This document shows, in pieces, positions 45,481 to 60,438 of a stretch of 64,000 bases of DNA. The translations under genes were made by a program, and so were the position numbers. Within the stretch, counting starts at the first letter, position 1, and each line of letters begins with the position of its first letter. Below the pieces are notes generated by a model, which was not told the DNA's origin, did not search any database, and worked only from the letters and a program-made list of their open reading frames with translations. This stretch comes from Eledone cirrhosa (lineage: Eukaryota): assembly GCA_964016885.1 (NCBI GenBank), contig OZ024740.1, forward strand, positions 42,408,001 to 42,472,000, given 5' to 3'.

Positions 45481-45544
45481 AGTGCGATGCAACGTATTTG
45501 AATGCTGCTCAATTTGATTTCATGCTGACTCGAGACTAAATAAC

Positions 45545-45690
45545 TGTTTCTACTTTTGGCACAAGGCCAGCAATTACACAGTGCATTACTGGCACTTTAT
45601 TTTATCGATCCAGTAAGGATGAAAGGCAAAGTTAACCTCGGCGGGATTTGAACTCAGACCGTAAAGGGGCGTAACTATCCTGGAAAGCAC
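45545..45690 (-). mobile_element. SINE S1 copy
   Basis: Matches 10990-11103 and 63492-63682. Confidence 0.82.
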
Positions 45691-46308
45691 GGTGACTGAC
45701 CTCAATTTTATTTGATGCTGACCCGAGACTAAATAATCACAATCGATATTCATTTGCTGGAGTTCAGAATGATGGAATGTAAGAACAAAATCCGAGAGTT
45801 TTGAAAAAAAGAACATTAAACTAGGGAAACTAAATGTTATGATGTATGGAGGCAAACACTATATTGTCTAACCCACTTCCACATTTCTACAACATAAAAG
45901 TGGCAGTTACTATCGATGATTACTTACTCAGTATTATCTTTATTGGGGAGATGATTGATCATTTTCGATATTCCGTTTATTTTCCCGTAGCTATTGATAA
46001 AAACAGAACTGTAAATATTAGTTTTTCAGGATGAGAAAATATTCTGTTTCCCAAAGGTATTATAAATGTCAGTAAAATGAAAATGAAACTATTAGAGTTC
46101 GATTGGTCTGAAAAGTAAATATGATGAAACGTTAATATAATTCTTTTAAACATTCCCTTCAGCGTCAACTTATCAAATGCTTCAAGATGAATTAATCGAC
46201 TTGTATTATTCATAGCTTTCACAAAATGGCAAAGAAATATTGTCTGCCAAACCCAACATGAAAACATGAAATCCGAAAATGTTTTTTTGAAGCGCGGTTA
46301 AGAAACGA

Positions 46309-46351
<43 letters not shown>

Positions 46352-46370
46352 AATGTGAGGAAAGAATATG

Positions 46371-46412
<42 letters not shown>

Positions 46413-46496
46413 TGTGTATATATATCCAAACCAAACAGTGAGTGTATTTTATTATTATATTTCTGGCAATATTATAACACAATATATATATATACA

Positions 46497-46592
<96 letters not shown>

Positions 46593-46843
46593 TAATTCAG
46601 CAACCGAAGCTTTTGCTTTTTATATTTCGTAAATTCTCAATGTTTCAGAATATATCTATTGTTGAATTTTCCATCAGTCAATCTTGAAATAGTTTGTTGT
46701 TTTTGTTGACGATGATGATGATGAGGAAGTGGATGAGGAGGAAGATGATGATGGTGATGATGGTGATGATGAAAATTATAGATATGATGAAGATGGCGAT
46801 AAGAAATTGATGCTAGTGATGATGATGTTCGAGATGCTCATGG

Positions 46844-46877
<34 letters not shown>

Positions 46878-46910
46878 AAAGATGAGGAAATACACTCGTA
46901 TCAAAATAAT

Positions 46911-47070
46911 TGTTTCTACTTTTGGCACAAGGACAGTAATTATCCCAGTGTATTACTGGTACTTTATTTTATCGACTCCGTAAAGATGAAAGCCAAAGTT
47001 AACCTCGGCGGGATTTGAACTCAGACCATAAAAGGCTGTAACTCTTTGCTGGAAAGCTTTGCGTCCAACC
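46911..47070 (-). mobile_element. SINE S1 copy
   Basis: Same core and 3' end. Confidence 0.82.
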
Positions 47071-47519
47071 CTGATGCCAACAGCAATAATATTATTAATA
47101 AATACAAACATACGTAATTGTGAATATTATATCGACTTTCTATTTAGGTAGATGACCAGTAGATTCAGTGGAAGGACAATGATATTTATAGCAACCTCAT
47201 TATTTGAATTATATTTCATTTTATTGAACCGGAAGAATGACAGCCAAAGTTGACTTCGACAGGATTTGAATTCCTTCTCCTCCTCCAACTCATTCTTCTT
47301 CTTCTTCTTCTTCTTCTTCTTCTTCTTCTTCTTCTTCTTCTTCTTCTTCTTCTTCTTCTTCTTCTTCTTCTTCTTCTTCTTCTTCTTCTTCTTCTTCTTC
47401 TTCTTCTTCTTCTTCTTCTTCTTCTTTACCAAACTGTAAATTGAAATCATTTTATTTGGGGGGAATGGAACATATAATTGGAAGAAAGGAGGGGCACACG
47501 TTGTAGAGTTACTCTAGAG

Positions 47520-47659
47520 CAGTCATGAGCAACCTTCGGCCCATGCTTTCTGAATGGCTTACCTAAGTCACCCAAGTGAAATCTTTCTGATTTTTTCAGT
47601 CGAATGTAAATTAGTACTTGCGACCCGCCTGATGATGAGCCAAAGGTTGCCCATGCCTG
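47520..47659. mobile_element. 140-bp hAT MITE
   Basis: TIRs CAGTCATGAGCAACCTT / AAGGTTGCCCATGCCTG; perfect 8-bp TSD CTCTAGAG. Confidence 0.9.
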
Positions 47660-48157
47660 CTCTAGAGCAATAGATACTCAAGCGAATGTTATATAGTTAG
47701 CCTTCAATGCTAAATTCCTAGGCACATATTGTAGGGCTGGTGCCTGGTGCCGGGTCTGCTTATAGATTTGTGTTTCATCTCTTGTGTTTATTAACTTTTG
47801 GTTGAGATTATTTTTTCAAGGTCATTATGATGTAAATTACTTATTGAACTCAGTCAATTTAATCGGTTACTCCTTCTCTTGTGGTAATATTACAAATTTA
47901 TATATAGTATAAACTGTGACACCAAGAGTGAATTTTGTTTTCTATCCTTTCAAGGATGATGTAATATTCACTAAATATGCAACACTGGGTGACTCTTAAT
48001 AGTACATACTTCAGCCCTGGGTGAGGCAAAGTCAATACTGTATATAAATTACTATTATCGTACTAATGACGATTCGATCATCATAGTTACGTTTTTTCCA
48101 TAAACGATCGGTTTTATACTTGGTCAGTTAGTCCATTCACTATCGATAACGAGATGA

Positions 48158-48375
48158 GGTCGGTGAATTAGCAGAATCGTTGGAGCGTCGGACAAAATGC
48201 TTTGTATTTAGTTATGGCTGTTTACGTCCCGGCTTTAAATCCAGCCGTTGTCAATTTCGCCTTTCATCATTCCGAGGTCGATAAAATAAAGTAAGAGTCA
48301 AGTACTGGGGTCAATTTAAGCAAATATCTCTTTCCCTAAATTGTTAATATGGCGCAAAAAATAGACGTCATTATC
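48158..48375 (+). mobile_element. Diverged SINE S1-related copy (another at ~51545-51760)
   Basis: GCCTTTCATC..GGTCGATAAAATAAAGTA core. Confidence 0.7.
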
Positions 48376-48499
48376 AATAATAAATATATATAAACTTGTA
48401 GTAACTATTGCAGGTCAGTGGTTCATATTTAACTGGGTGATGTCTAAAAGCATCTGACTGATAAAATAACAAGTCAGACAATCATATTGGTGGTCTCCC

Positions 48500-48790
48500 C
48501 ACAGCTCCGGCGGACAGAATGGAGAAGACTTTCCCCGTAAGACGGCAAAGAAGATGCGCTGGAAAAGCCATGCCAGCTCACGAGGCTCACAACTGCGGCT
48601 GGCCAGCTCAGCGTCTTTGGTGGTGAGTAGGGAGGTAGCTCTAGGGCCGAGGACACCAGAAGTCTCCACTGCCAAGGGTACAACCGCAAACCTGTCGGAG
48701 AGCAACAGGTATTTGAAGAGTTTGGCCTCCTCAGCCCGACGTGCAACAGAACCTAGTTAGTAGCAGACTGCACCGGGTTGCGGCGCGATA
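48500..48790 (-). mobile_element. CRE-clade-like RLE C-terminal fragment
   Basis: ARRAEEAKLFKY / FAVVPLAVETSGVLGPRA...GEPRE-like...LAWLFQRIFFAVLRG. Confidence 0.75.
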
Positions 48791-49057
48791 ATTCATTGAT
48801 CTACAAACTGAAATATATTTTTTTGTTTCATTGCTGCCGGAAATGGTCTGTGTTATGAATGGGATTCCTAGAAGTTGTTCACTAAATCCATCAAACTGTA
48901 ACATTAATCACGAGGGAAATCTAAAAACCAATGGTGAGACAGTGAGTTACACTGTATAATGAATCTTTAATTCGTTACACACACACACATATATTTATAT
49001 AAATATTTGCTCTTCGGTTCTTATATATATGATATTCTCCAATTTTATTATTATTAC

Positions 49058-49129
<72 letters not shown>

Positions 49130-49167
49130 TATACACACATATATATGTGTATATGTGTGTGTGTATG

Positions 49168-49227
<60 letters not shown>

Positions 49228-49939
49228 CATACATATATGTACACACACACACACACATACACGCACACTCAAATACACACACACATACACACATATATAT
49301 ATATGTATGTAAAAGATAACCCTGCCATATGTCTGACGGCTGCAACTACTGATGCTACACGTAACCTTGTCGGCCACATTAGTAGGTCATACGATTTACA
49401 GATAACCGTTTACTCATCAACATAGTACGACTAACGAATTGTTCCTAGTGTCTCTCTACTCACTTATTACTACTCCCATGACTGCAATATATATATAGTA
49501 AATCTCCAAAATGGCTGACTGAATACACACGTGTGTTTTTTTTTTCTCATTTTCTTCCGTCCCTTCCTCTTTTCACTCTATATCTTTCTACTTCATCTTT
49601 TAATTCTAATTCTAGCTTTTGATGAAAGACTAGTCTGAAACGTTAAGACTCTTTTCCTGTTATTTCAAGCATTAAACTGATATATTTCTTCAATGCATTG
49701 TATTGTCTGCTTTGTTATTTCTGTTTAATTTTTACACACATACACATGTATATATATATAGTAATACTAATAATATTTATACTTATATATGTTTAATATA
49801 CAATTATAAATATGGAGGGTAGTACTTAGTACTAGCCGGTTACCAGTATGATAAAAGGCTCAATGCAAATTATCAAGTGTTTTACAGAGCCGAGATACAA
49901 AGTGTTAAAACAATCAAATCTTAGTTTAATACATTTATT

Positions 49940-49986
49940 TGCTGACAATTGTTTCTTCCAGAGGGATGTCTGAATTCATCGGAGCA
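49940..49986 (-). ncRNA. HHR with CCGATGA core in a third Naiad-like pLTR/3'UTR remnant (~49760-50750)
   Basis: tgct-CCGATGA-attcagacatccctctggaa-GAAA-caattg-TC-agca; downstream GCTCTGTAAA...GCATTGAGC as in Naiad pLTR. Confidence 0.72.
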
Positions 49987-50819
49987 TAGGGAATGTGTAA
50001 ACAGGTGATTAAAATCCTAATTTTCAGAACATTTAGGTAGATACATAACTGTCATTAGTGTCCTAGACATCATGTAGAGAATCGGGAGTTAAAAGGATGT
50101 TATGCTTCAGTGAACACAATTACAAGGAGCAATGGTGAAAATGCAAAAGGTACAAGCAAAAAAAGTTACAAGCAAGAAAAAATATAAGGTAGGATAGACA
50201 TAAGATATCATAGCATTGGAGATCGGGTAATGTTCAGGGCATATAATGCAAGAGTCAATACAATCAATAAGGCCTTTATGAGAAAAGAGTTTTATTACAG
50301 CTGAAATAAGCATATTTCGTGTAGAATGTAAAAGCATATTAGAAGTGTTAGAAATGTTTAAATTTTTTTAAATGGCGTGCTATATGGTAGGGAGACATGT
50401 GGTGATAAAGTAGGTATATGTTAGATGAGATGTAATTAAAACACGTGATTGAATTGGATAGGAAAATTTCATTCAAGAATTTTTGTATTGGAGTTCGTAT
50501 ATAGATGTATATGTTGGATGTAATTCAGATGTATTAACCATGGAATTTTATTGGTTTGAGATGTAATTTTTTGAAGTGTGTATAGTTTATAGATATGTGT
50601 TTGGTAAAAGTAAATTCCATTGAATTAATAGAAAATTTGAAGATAGGAATGAATAGTATAATATACTCACTATAACAGCATGGCCTGTAATTCCACCGAA
50701 TTACATGCCATGTTGTCACAGTAAGTATATTATACTATTCGGTGGAAAAACTCCACCCCCATATATATATAAATAATAATAATAATAATACAAGGACTAA
50801 TGGTTACTCCTTCATTACG

Positions 50820-50897
<78 letters not shown>

Positions 50898-50958
50898 TTA
50901 TATAAATAAAATAAAATAACAGGAGTCTGGACTTGTGTAAATCCTTGAAAGGTTTATT

Positions 50959-51016
50959 ATACTATGATCATTTCAATGACCGGGTTCCATATGAATCCAG
51001 TGATATCATCAGGTAT
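50959..51016 (-). ncRNA. Type I HHR
   Basis: atac-CTGATGA-tatcactggattcatatggaacccggtcatt-GAAA-tgatca-TA-gtat. Confidence 0.77.
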
Positions 51017-53990
51017 TGGAATATAACAAAGGAATATATAAAAAACCATGGGTCCGAAAAATCAGAAACAGAGACAAAGAGGACGACTGACCATTAGTAT
51101 GAATAATAAATAAAACTTCTAATGATGAATAGTGTGAGTTGTAAATATCTTTACATAAAGATCTCGTATAAGAAATATTGATTTCTGATTCAGGCAGAAG
51201 TCCATAAAATTTTGTGGAAGGGAACATTTTATTTAATAAACTCCAGTACCTAACTGCTACTTTATTTAATCGATCCCAGAACGCCTCGAATCATAAATAA
51301 GTAAGACGAATGAAAATAAACTTATCGGATGAGTATGATAAAGTTAACACACATTAACACTCTTATGTCAATCCATACAATCATGTCAGCATCTATGAAA
51401 AAGGACTCGGTGAAAAGACACAGAATACTATCTCAATCAAAGCATTGATATATTTATTACATATCTTATGTTTATCGCTGCCAAACACACTAACATTGAA
51501 CCTTAGTTATCAAGATATTCATGCCAAGCATTACATTAACGCAGTTAATTGGCAGTATATGTAAAACTTCAGACACCGTGTTTTGCAGCATAGAATAATG
51601 TCCCTTTGCATTCTGAGCTCAAATTCTGCCAAGGTTAGCCTTGTCTTTTATCCTTACGGGGGCGATAAAAATACAGTACCAGTAATGTACTGGATTTGAT
51701 TTAATTGATTTTCCCTTTCCCCCAAATTGTTGGCCTTGTGCGTAAATCAGAAACCATTATATAAACGCAGATAAACGGCACGTGTGCTTCTGACAAATGT
51801 GTATGGTAAAGTCAAGTTTGGTTGTGTCTTAATGAGAGGCTGATCCTAAACTGGTAACCAAACTGAATATAGTTTGAAATAGTCCGGTTAATAATCACAA
51901 AAAATAAACACTTAACTGAAGATGCATAATACTGTTAGCATTCACATTTCGACGGTTAATTCTACACCGGTTACATTGGTCCTGCCTATTACAGATTGAC
52001 AGTAACACACGACAACATCATTTCATCCTGAAGATAAGATTATGAAGGTCTAGAAATATTGGTGGTAAATATAGGAAATGCTGCAATGAATTCATGCGAA
52101 AATATGGAAAAATAAATGATAAGACTAGAATGCATTCATGCTTTCAATACTATATATATAGATATAAACTCCACCTCCATATATATATATATATTTATAT
52201 ATATATATATAAAGAAAGCGAGAGCTAGTTCGAGAGGGGTGAGAGCGAAAGCGAGGTAGATAAAGAGGGAGCTACATAAACAAAGATAAACAAAGATAAA
52301 CAAATAACGAAATCTTGTTTTCTTGTTTAGTGAAAGGTATGTACTAGAAGGGATTAAACATGTGTCATTTACACCTCTGTGCATGTCTTTAGGAAGCTAA
52401 GTGTAGTAAATTATTTTCAATCGGCTGCCTAAGTGTGTAACACTTCTCCTTTATACGTAACCTTTTTATCAAGACTGTAACACTTCTCACACATACGTAA
52501 CCTTTTTATCAAGACTGGAGGTCATTTTGGTGTGTGGGAATTGGTGTTTTCTGGATTGTATCTCTGCAAGTACATAAGAAATATCTATTTTTGCTACCCG
52601 CATTGATTGTATGGCATATGAATAGAAAACGCAGGTCATCTGGCTATGAAGCTTAATAAATCATGCACATTCCTCAAGAACCTGTTTCAATTCGATTTAT
52701 TTGACGTAAAGATTTAAACATTATGCGATATTTAATTATTGGGTACAATTCTAAAATATTGAGCTCAGAATTAAACTTCCTTCTTGACAAGAAATGACAA
52801 GAGCTGATGCCTCAGGGAATCTTACTGGAATGTTGAATGTAATAAGGATTTGAATAGAATTATATATGTTAATCGATGTATGTGTGTACATACACAAACA
52901 CACAGACACACACACCCACGCGCGACTGTCACATCATCTAATGACTTTCTAGTCAATAACATTTCCATCTTAGCTTATAGGAATACTCTTTATCTTTTAA
53001 AGTTTTAAGATTCTGAAGACATGTCTATGTTACTTTGGTCTTTCTATTAAGCACATACGATTAATCATTTAAGAATATATAACATAACACACCCACAATG
53101 TTAATATAATGGAAACGAGAAAATATTTCGCCTTGTTGATATCTTTTCATTTATATGTCAGTATATATTATTAAAAGAATAAATAATTTCAGAATTGTAA
53201 TTGTTTGGCAAATAATGTTTCATTGTTAATCATAATCTTTTTATGTTGGTAGAAGACCAGCAATTTGAAACAATCGTCTGAAGTCTATAACTAGCACTTG
53301 TTTAATGCCATCAACTGGACAAAATGCAAAAATAACTCCGGTAGAGTTTGTTATCAGAATGTAGATGGACAAAAGTAAATACTGTTATGGATTGAGTATA
53401 GCGATTTACCTTTTTGTTGGTATATTCAATTAAGATGTTTTATCGAATAATGTACACTTCTGTGTACACTTGCATCAATTCGTTGAAACCATTCGTGTTT
53501 CTTCTAGCTCCCTACTGGTGGAAATTTTAGTTTCAATAAAATTATATAATGTTTGAAATAAAACAAAATAGGGTGAAGCGATGGGTGAAGAAGGTCATAC
53601 TCTACAGCTCAGTCTAAGTGGTATATCTCTGTGCACCACTAACAAAATGGCGGAGAACAACAAAGAAACACTCTGCATCAGTCATTCCACTTCATAAGGC
53701 TCCTAACGAACTAAACCACTACTATCATATATACATATTAAATTATCTACTGAGCATTGTTAGTCAAATTATTTAATTTTTTTTCATATATGAATATTCT
53801 GTGTATAATATGAAATTATGTGTATATATATTGATACACAATTTTACTTATATAATTCCTTAAGTAATATGCTGCAGACAATAATAAAAGTGGGAAATAT
53901 TTTAGTTATATTCCCAGTGTCCGTATATGCCCTCTGTTCATGATTATATATAAATGTTAAAGGTTTCATTCAGAATTCCTATACGAGTAA

Positions 53991-54763
53991 TCTATATATA
54001 TAAAACTGTGGTTGTCTGTCTGTCTATCGATTTTTGGCACACATCTCCTCTTAGAATCTCTCACGGAATTGCACCGAAATTGCTATACTTGTACATTGAG
54101 CCCTAGAGAAGACATCGGAAAAAAAAAATTTCAAATTGACCCACCCTATGTGACGAAATCGAATATAATGTATCGATTTTTGAGCGTAAGTGATCAGTTA
54201 TTTCCCTTTGTTCTGTTTACACTGAGCGTCTTACGTAAAAAATTACGCTGGCTTTCTCAGCGTTTAAAATGACATTAACACAATTTCATCAGTTCGAACA
54301 CTAAGCTTCCGTTTTGCTTCATTTCCATTTAAAAGCATTTTAAAACAATATTTTTACTTGAAAACAAGTCTATTTAAAGACTACGTAAAACAAGCAAATA
54401 TTTCAGGCGTGCAGACAGACAGTCGTGCAGAGAGGTGATATAGGCGTGCAGACAGACATAACTGATAATTTGGTTACGCTAATGTTTTTCTCTGCGTTGC
54501 AGTGTTTACATTTTCGATCTTTGTTAATAAATAACCAGTGCAATTTTTATCCCCAGCATCCTCTTTTGTTATAACATTCGGGTTATCGTTATGTTTTCTT
54601 AACTTCATAAGGCATATTGTTGGTTGAGGGAATATTAATCAAAAACACTACATGCAAGTCTGCACAGTAGACATTACAGTTTTTAAGCCAAAAAAGAAAC
54701 TTAACATTGTAACTTTAACACAGCTACTGAGCGACCCCGAGCAACGCCGGGCTTTACTGCTAG
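53991..54763 (+). mobile_element. Non-autonomous Helitron
   Basis: A|TCTATATATATAAA 5' end, (GTCT)n, 3' hairpin CCCGAGCAACGCCGGG, then CTAG|T. Confidence 0.88.
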
Positions 54764-54809
54764 TTACCTTTAAATAATAAACCTCAGTCATGTTAAAGAT
54801 ATGAACACT

Positions 54810-55085
54810 TACCTAGTGGTGAGGATATTGGACTTACGATCATAATGCCGTAGGTTTGTTTCCTGGACCGAGTCATGTGTTTTGTACCAGAGAAAAAGAC
54901 TTTATTTCACGTTGATCCAGTATAATCAGCTGAAAATGCGTAGCAACAGTAACAGGAGGATAAAACCTGCGATGGACTAGCGCCCTGTCCAGGTGTGAGT
55001 CTTGGATTCTCAATCGCTTAATGCCAGGGAAAGTAGGATAAGCCTTGGCCTAATGATCCTCCGGGCTTGGGAGAGACAGTAAACA
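54810..55085 (+). mobile_element. Diverged tRNA-derived SINE sharing the S2 central domain
   Basis: TAGTGGT A-box-like; ACTTTATTTCACGTTG domain. Confidence 0.68.
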
Positions 55086-55137
55086 TTATTTTAGAATTCA
55101 ACGACACAAATAATAAAATCTAAGAAGAAAGCGTTCG

Positions 55138-55306
55138 TTAAGTGGTCAGTCTCACTGTTTGTTCTATCATTAAGTGGTCAGTCTCACTGTTTGTTCTATC
55201 ATTAAGTGGTCAGTCTCACTGTTTGTTCTATCAGTAAGTGGTCAGTTTCACTGTATGTTCTATCAGTAAGTGGTCAGTTTCACTATTTGTTCTAACATTA
55301 AGTGGT
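55138..55306. repeat. 32-bp tandem repeat, ~5 units
   Basis: TAAGTGGTCAGTCTCACTGTTTGTTCTATCAT; no spacers. Confidence 0.92.
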
Positions 55307-56186
55307 GATGACTACATAGCCACGTCATAAAATCTTCGCAATGAAGCGATGTATCACCCACATGACAGAACACATGAACGTGATGTATATAATAAAGAGA
55401 GATACTTAGCTATAAGATATAACGAAACATTCATCATTTCCATAGGGACGACGCTGCTTGCAACATAAGGTGTACTATTTTTCATTATCCATCACTTAAG
55501 AAGTAAGTTATTTAAGATTTGCTGTTAGACACACAGCAACGCTGGCAAAAATCTGGATTGCGAATTTTTTACTTGATACTCTTAAGGTTAGGGTTAGGGT
55601 ATGTGTTCGGGTTAGGGTACGGGTACGGGACTCACCCACCTTCGGCTAACTTTCTTTCTTTCTATAAAGAAGCCTTAACCAAACCAATATTTTGAGGTTT
55701 ATAGCAAATCTCCTGATCCTAAATTATAAGTGGTGTAGTCTATAAGCTTATTATAGCGAAGCTATTATGTATGCGCGACAAGGCGCAATATGGATAATTG
55801 TGTTAACTTTAAAAACATTGTTTCATTTTTAGAGCAAAACCTCTATTCAGATAACTTTAAAACTGTTATTTTTGCGATCAAAAATAAAGAGACATTAATT
55901 TAATCAGTTGAAATGAAAATATCCAAGGGATCATATTATTACATTAGGTGGAGCAATGGACAGTTATCATGTGCCTTCATTATCTGATCCATCGAATAGG
56001 ATATCAGCAAGTTAGTAATATAAGAGTGAAAATAGAAACGTATGATAATATAATAATAGAATGAAGGGTTCTCTGTTGTACATCCATTCGTTCAATCTAT
56101 TTAAAGGAGAAAATACAAATACAAATTATTCTACTAATTGTCTTTACCATTTTTCGACACCCAGCCGTGTATTCTGCCTCATATTA

Positions 56187-56334
56187 TCTTCTTCTTCTTC
56201 TTCTTCTTCTTCTTCTTCTTCTTCTTCTTCTTCTTCTTCTTCTTCTTCTTCTTCTTCTTTTCTTCTTCTTCTTCTTCTTCTTCTTCTTCTTCTTCTTCTT
56301 CTTCTTCTTCTTCTTCTTCTTCTTCTTCTTCTTC
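56187..56334. repeat. (TTC)n microsatellite (also 47293-47425 and 58540-58610)
   Basis: Directly visible. Confidence 0.97.
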
Positions 56335-56431
56335 TCGCCGTTGCACAATAGATACGCGATAAAGATAAAAATAAAGCATCCAACATATTGGACGACAAAA
56401 TGATATAAAAGATACCGAATATATGTATATA

Positions 56432-56549
<118 letters not shown>

Positions 56550-56579
56550 TATATTCTGTATATTTCATATTGTTTTGTA

Positions 56580-56618
<39 letters not shown>

Positions 56619-57204
56619 TCACATTGTATTTTATTGAAACAGTGTAGAGAACTTTGACAACAAAAATATATAAATTAATAGGAAATTCTTATGATATCCG
56701 GTTTTGTGTTTGTTCTTTAGAATCTAAAAAAAATATAATAAGTAAATGTTTCAATTGTTAAACGATACCAACTTATTTACAGTCTGTTGATATACAAGAA
56801 TTGTATTGTTCGTATATTCTGAAATATGTATATTTAAGTGCATTATTATTATAGTATTACTGTATTATTGTTTTAGTATTACCCTATTATTTCTTATCAA
56901 TAAAAATAATTCAATTGTTAATTTTGATTAATAGATGAAATTTGAATGTTTCTGTCTGAGTTCACAACAAATTGAGAAAGACCGACAGAAAAAGATTCAT
57001 GCCCCTTTATCGGCAAAATGTAATTCACTGATATGGAATGGACCTTCGTTGAATTGGATGATGAGTGTTCCGACTGATTCATCAACAGAACAGCCTGCTC
57101 ATGAAATTAACGTGTAAGTAACTGAGAAGTCCACAGACATATTTGCACTTAACATACTTCTCAGGGGGATTCAGCGTGACACATTGTGTGTCTATGTGCG
57201 TGTA

Positions 57205-57297
<93 letters not shown>

Positions 57298-58164
57298 AAT
57301 AAAGTGGAATCAAGAACTAAAATGTCGCAGGGAATCGAACTCACGAGTTCATGATTGTGCGTCGGACATCCAAAACACTAAACCTTTACTAACAACAATA
57401 TTACTTCTTAATTGACAAATGTTTTTTTTAAATTGTCTTGCTGAGCTAGTAGTGAATAAACTAAAGAATGACTGTCTTGATACTTACAGAATTAACAACT
57501 TTTTCCTGCATGCTACTGATTGCTTCCATCTCTCACATTCACTTGTGTGACATTAATATAAATTGATTGATTGTCTGAAGCAGTTTGAAGACTGGCCTGG
57601 GATAAATTACTGGAGATGTTTGTCATAGCCGTTGTAAATAATTTCCTACAAGCTAAATACGAAACATTTGTTAACGCAGCAGTACTTCCGGTCTTCTCGT
57701 CGATGGGATTTCCTTGTTGTATCTGTTTGGTAATAAATGTGAAACTCTATTACACTCGAGAGGCCTTTTTAAGGTTGGTGTATACATCAAACTTCATAAG
57801 AGATAATAAATAAAAGATGAGAGATAATAAATCTCTCTTACGTAGAAATGACGTTGATTTATTTAAAATAATATCCTCAGATATCAAAATACTAATCCCA
57901 AACGGCCATTTGATCTACTCTGACCATATGCAAATCGAACCACTGGAAGAGGACATGACCTGAATACATATGAGCTACTAGAATTTGTGAAGTGAACAGA
58001 ATTACTTCATTTACAGGAAGGAACTCGTGGCGCGATGACAACATTTAATAACATTTCATATCAGTGGTAAACCGCCGATTCTTGGACTCATGATAACATT
58101 TCTAATAAACGTCCGTGTATTTTGAGCATAGATTAATTCTGATATTTGTAAGTTAGTCTTCTTT

Positions 58165-58530
58165 GAAGAAATGGTAAATGTAGTGGGGAAACTGGAGATA
58201 TTAAAGTACCTGTATTCAGTTCTGGTCCCTACGAAAAGGCTCCACTATTAAATATTTCGTACTTTATATTTTACAAGGATGTATTTGATTTAATTAGGTA
58301 ACATAGTTTTATAATGTAATTTGGCAACTTAGATTGTGTAACGATTGAACGAATACAAGTGGACGAAGGGCCTTTGCAGTGCTTTGCTCGGAGATCAGGG
58401 TCGTTCCAGGTAGAGCCGCTACTCCGACGAATTGAGATATCACAGCTCCAATATTACGGGCATGTGGTAAGAATGTCTAATTAAAGAAAGACTGCACAGA
58501 TTTTACAGGCAAAGCCAACAGCCAAAAGAC
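58165..58530 (+). mobile_element. Old RTE-clade RT fragment
   Basis: LKYLYSV (FKYLGS-like); VEPLLRRIEISQLQYYGHVVRM..R...IL..KP..KR. Confidence 0.68.
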
Positions 58531-60079
58531 ACAAGAATAGAAGAAGAAGAAGAAGAAGAAGAAGAAGAAGAAGAAGAAGAAGAAGAAGAAGAAGAAGAAG
58601 AAGAAGAAGAAACATTTACACATAGTTTTATTTCAAATATGCACCCACCATATTTCTCCAGTGTCTCTTATACAGATGTGGCTGACAAAAATACTAATAA
58701 GTCAGTGAGGGGATTTTACATGGCCACATACTTGTTTAGAGTACCTGCCAAATATACACTAAACAAATTCTACCCTCTTATAAAATGGCGGATTAGATAA
58801 TGTAGAAGAGGGGTACATTATTTCTGAAAACAATGGCTTAATCACCATTGTTCATAGGCATTCTCCATCATGACCAGCTCAGGGCTAAACATTAAGGTTT
58901 CATGAATGTTCCACAATTCCACTTCTCTTTTATACACCAAAAGCTATGTCTATGAAAGTAAACCCTTTTTACTTTGTGAGGTTTAGAAAAGTCTCATTTC
59001 ATTACTAAAATATTCATAGTATTTGACGAAAAGGAGAAAAACGTGCTTTTGACTTCAAGAGCATTATTTTGAAGTATTATGGCGGTACTTATCTGTATCA
59101 ATAAATGTACCTATAAATGTGATTAGTGATTTCTTTTTAAGGTAGTTAATGGATGTCTTTGAAGAATAGTCACTACATCTAATCTACTTTACATGTATGG
59201 CTTGCATCATTAATCTGTTAACGTTTAAGTTTTAATTCCACTTTAAAGAAATTGCCATTTCATTTTCAGACATTTTTATTTCTACAGGCATTAAAAAGAT
59301 GTTAATCTGCAAAATTTTGTTTGATAATTATTTTTATTAGGAGATTAGTTTATGAATTCCTTTGAAGGAAAACATGTATGTGCTCACTAAAGCTATAAAA
59401 ATGACTGCTAATATAGCGTATAAAAAAAAAATTTTTATTGAATATATTTTAACGTATAGGAGAAAGATTGCCTTTCGATAATAAATAACTTCAATATTTC
59501 GTTTTAATTTAACACTTTCCTTTAAAACGTTAATTGAAAATGTTCATGAGAAAGCAATATGAAAATTTAATGAAGCAAATTAACGAATATTTAAGATAAG
59601 GTGAATAGATCCCTCAGCAAAATCTGAGATCACAAAGATTTCATCAATTATGAAAAGTTAGGAAAGGAGGGTGAACCGGAAAGAACAGTGGAACAATAAG
59701 GTTAATTACCTTTTAGCATCTAGACCTCCTACGTTCTAAGTTGAAATCCTACATTGATTAACTATGTTTTTATCGTATTCAACTTGGGAAAATAAATTAC
59801 AATATATTAAAGTTGCCGATTTAATCGTATCTACTCCCAGCTAGTGAAAATCGTATCTCCTCCCAGCTAGTGAAAATAAAACAAAGTAAAAATTAAATAT
59901 TTAGAACCATCAGAACCATGCCCAAAGCACACTCCCATGACTAACAACAAACTAACCCATACTTTCTATTGGTACTGAGAAGACAGACGTCATCAAACTG
60001 CAGCCGCCTTATTATCTGGACTATGTGTATGTGCAGCGGCCAACACAGTCAGTAGTTCAACTACACAGAATCAAATCAA

Positions 60080-60400
60080 CCACCAATCATATATATACAG
60101 GATTTGCACCTACAAAGTCCTATCCCGAAGCACAAGACCGGGCATAGTGTTTTTGTGGAAGAGCGGCAATCAATCATGCAAGCTAGTCTCCGCTCTCGAC
60201 ACAAACATTGTTGTCGAAGGGAAAGGCAAAGGCTGATACAGTTCGGCACCTGTGACGTCATAACTCATTCCTACAGCTGAGAGAATTGGAACAACGTGAA
60301 ATAAAGTGTCTTGCTCAAGGGCACAACGCGCTCTCTCAGGGAATCAAGCTCACAATCTCACGATTGTGAATCCATTCTATATTCACTAAGCCACGCACCT
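60080..60400 (-). mobile_element. tRNA-derived SINE sharing the S2 central domain
   Basis: GTGGCTTAGTG head; CCCTTGAGCAAGACACTTTATTTCACGTTG. Confidence 0.75.
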
Positions 60401-60438
60401 TCTCTCCTTTTCACTCCCTCACACACATACTGCCTCAT

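Noticed and set aside
55138-55306. CRISPR-like 32-bp repeats
   Set aside because: Direct tandem units with no spacers, no cas genes, eukaryotic context.
56935-57190. 60-aa ORF as a host exon
   Set aside because: No domain recognised; the distal part resembles a common octopus interspersed repeat.
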